Shown piece by piece: positions 60,922 to 64,000 of a DNA stretch of 64,000 bases. The notes beneath the pieces were generated by a model. It was not told where the DNA came from. It made no database searches and was given only the letters and a program-made list of their open reading frames with translations. Position 1 is the stretch's first letter. Every line of letters begins with the position of its first letter. Source of the DNA: Epithemia pelagica (lineage: Eukaryota; Protista; Bacillariophyta); contig OX337228.1 of the NCBI GenBank assembly GCA_946965045.2, positions 6,634,001-6,698,000 on the forward strand, read 5' to 3'. The position numbers were made by a program, and so were the translations under genes.

Positions 60922-63900
60922 ATGGTTCGAACACGTTCCAAGCGTCGTTCGCCCACAACTGCGGCATCGGGAACGAACCACCACCATAGCCAAGCGAGTA
61001 GTAGCAGCACGAGTGCGTCGAATCTCACCGATCCCAATGGCAGCACACCATCAGTGGAATCCTCCTCCTCCTCCTCGTCATCTCTGGCCGATCGGGATCC
61101 GCATAGTCGAACCAATGCTCCTCCCCCCAAACGAAGGAAGGACAACGACAACAACGACAACCAGGAAGAAACGAATCGGACGGAATCACGTGCGTTGGTG
61201 GCCAGTCGTCGTCATTCCGAACCCGTACCACGCCCGAGCCATACGGATCCCCGCAGCCAAAAGAATCCATCCCCGCGACAACAGGACTGGTCCACCTGGC
61301 CGCTCCAACAGGTATTGGACGCTTCCTTTTTGCGCGACAGTGTCGGCAAGGTACGTAACGTGTCACACGATTGTGGAAAGACAAGGACGGAACCAGGACC
61401 CCATTGTGTGCTCACCATTCTTTTCTGTTGCTACCTTGTGTCATGCCTCCCCAATGATATGGATGATGCTTCGTGCTACACTATACTCTCTATTACTACT
61501 AGAAGGACTTGTTTCAACGCTTTCGCCATTTGCTGTGGAATTTGGAGACTCTGTCGACGCAAGACGCGGACCGGGACGACGACCCCGTCATCAATCCCTG
61601 TGAACAATGGCCTGGATTGGCCGGATTGGCGCAGTACTTGGTGGACCATTTGTTGCACGATTCGACCAATGCCACGGTGCGGCTGTGGGCGGCGGCGGCT
61701 GTGGTGGAACTCTTGGCCTGGACGGCGCCCGAAACGCCCTGGACGGCGGACCAATTGATTTCCTTGTGGACCGAAGTTGTCCGGCAATTGGCCACCCTCA
61801 CCAAGCCGTGGAACAACAACCACAACGAAAACGACGAAGAGGACACGGACCTGGACCCACAAGACGGCAGCCACAACAAGCACAACAACAAAAAGAAGCA
61901 GAAGCCACAGTCGGACAAGAGGTTTCTCCAGCGCATGCTGCAACTCATTGCCGACGTTCAAATGGGAGCCTTACTCAAGGAACTGGTCGACGAGCAAGTG
62001 GAACAACAGGAGCTCCTCTTGGAGGAGGATCATCAAAGTAATAGTTCTTCTTGTTCGTCGATTCGCAGTGCTGCTCACTCGCCGACGAGCTGTCCCATTG
62101 TCTCGGATTCGCCGCCGCCGTCCACGAGGCCTGCACATTCGTCTCATCAAGCCACTGTCACCGCCACTACTCCTACGACGACAGCCTTGGAATTGCTCTG
62201 CCAATTCGTGGCGACGCTCTTGCAATGCATTCGCGCCAGTCCCACCTTGCACGATGTCATTGTGCATGCCGTGTCGGGCGTCTTGCAAGAATACCAACCT
62301 CTGGCCGCCCCAGACGCCACGACGAAACCATCCAGCCATTCGACGACGACGACTCGGGATCCCTGGTCGTTGGACCCCCGCACCGTCATTCCCGTTCCCT
62401 TATTGGATGAACTCTTGCTTGCCCTGGTGCCGGGACCCACGCGAGTGGTCCCCCAGTATTCGTCGACGAAAGCATCACAACCACCCACGTGGCGGACCGT
62501 GGACAATCCCGTCTACCGCGTCACGGCCCATATTTGGCAGCACAATGCCACCGTCCTGCAACTGCCCCTCTCGCGACTCGTGCATCAACTCTTGGCCAAA
62601 TCCCAGCAGGGAACCGTGGTCGAATTGGAATCGGTCCTGGCCACGGAACCGCCCGCACCACGAACGGAAGCAGCACCCCAACCAGCAGCCGGAGACGACA
62701 ATGACACGTCCATTTATTCCATTCTCCCTTTGGTCCATCACATTAGTGCCTCCGCCTCGTCGTCCTCCGTGTCGTCCCTCTTGCCCGTCACCACGACGCA
62801 GCATCATGCCCTCCTCGAACCGCGCGTGTTTGGAATGTTGCAAGAAGGACTGTACGTACCCATGTTGTTTGTATGGAACGACCGGTCGACTGCCAGGGTC
62901 TCACGCCATTTTGTTTGTTTGTTTGCTTGTTTTTTTGTTTGCTTGCTTCCCCATACCAGGACGCATTTGCAATTTGAGACGCGATGGGCCACCTGTCGTA
63001 CCGTGGCGGCCTGTCTTACGGGATCAACCTCATCGTCTCCGCAGCACAGCGGTGGAGTGGATTCCCTCTTGCTCACGCCGTGGTTGGACCGATCGCGGGA
63101 TGCCAAGCCCGAAATCCGCACCGTCGTGGCGCAACACATTTTTCTCTTGCTGCGCCACCTTGCGGCACACTCTGTACCCGGAATCGCAGCGGCACATGCT
63201 GGTGAATCCTCCTCGTCGTCGTTGACTGCCAACAACACGTTGGAACTGGACAAGGTTGTTCGCCTGGCCGAACGTCTCTTGACCGATGGACATGCCATGG
63301 TACGCGTGGCCGCCGTGCAAGCCTTGTGCCACGATTATTTGCATCCCACCGTCACCACGGCAAGCCTGCAGCAAGATGCCAACCGGCGCCGGACGTGGAA
63401 CCGCATGGTGCGCCGTCTCGTGGCATTGAACACCGGAATACCTATCCAGGAACAGCAGTCGGTGTGGAAGGCCTTGATTCGCCTTTGGGTCCGAGCGGCG
63501 TGGGGACCACTCGCGTCTCTCGTCGTCATGGGGGGAGAGGACGACGACACCCACACCAAGGAGGAGCAGGAGGATGCCACCCTGTTTTGCTCCTTGTTGG
63601 TGCAACATTTGGATCCATCCTCGGTCCATGGCCCCCGACGAACCGAACCAACGGCCGCCGAGACGAATATCAAGACGACGGAACCGTTTTTTGTCGAGTG
63701 GCTGCCCCGACGCTTGTTTTCCATGGCCACCTCCAATCAACAGCCCCGTCACCACCAACCACAACATTCACAATCGCATCGGTCCAATTCTCGCACACAC
63801 CATCCTCCACAACCACAACCACATGGCGATTCGTGGATGTTTCCCCAGTTGGAAGCCGGATTGCATCACGGATGGTATCGATACGTGTCCCATCCGCACA

Positions 63901-64000
63901 ACAAGAAGAACAAGGGTGGCACCCACACCAACAGTACCACTACTACTACGACGACCATCCGGAAACAAGTGGCGGCGGCGCTGAGTTTGTGGCACCGAGT
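60922..64000 (+). CDS. PDS5: PDS5-like sister-chromatid cohesion HEAT protein, multi-exon, 3' end outside the window
   Basis: LLHDSTNATVRLWAAAAVVELLAWTAPETPWTADQL resembles the PDS5 'LL.H.D..VR...ACCL..I....APEAPY' motif. Also IPVPLLDELLL, AWLDRSRDAKPEIR and LAERLLTDGHAMVRVAAV. Introns near 61351-61502 and 62855-62958. Confidence 0.75.

Noticed and set aside
61777-63225. 482-aa plus-strand ORF as a separate gene
   Set aside because: Arg/Pro/Ser-rich alternative frame overlapping the PDS5-like coding frame.

Overview
Eukaryotic, gene-dense nuclear DNA, most consistent with a pennate diatom. Evidence: short GT-AG introns; bipartite signal peptide plus 'A/G-F' plastid presequences on argD, TrpA-TrpB, ChlP, ProRS, iota-CA and SirB; a diatom-type cyclin; and a chrysolaminarin-type beta-glucan synthase. 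About 20 genes are supportable. Metabolic: acetylornithine aminotransferase (truncated by the window start), patatin TAG lipase, fused tryptophan synthase, 6PF2K/FBPase-2, geranylgeranyl reductase, prolyl-tRNA synthetase, a two-domain iota-class carbonic anhydrase, GT48 1,3-beta-glucan synthase and a CbiX/SirB chelatase. Nuclear/regulatory: CENP-X, a very large TRF4/PAP2-type nucleotidyltransferase, a cyclin, condensin CAP-D3, a Myb/SANT-like protein, a triple HMG-box protein and PDS5 (truncated by the window end). The most unusual accessory region is 54.3-56.3 kb: an intronless orphan P-loop NTPase flanked by short direct repeats, one of which is split by a ~610-bp TA-targeted MITE with ~60-bp TIRs. 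There are also two 65-69 bp tandem arrays and several decayed coding relics. No CRISPR array, rRNA or tRNA gene was recognised. All family assignments are by motif recognition, not database search.
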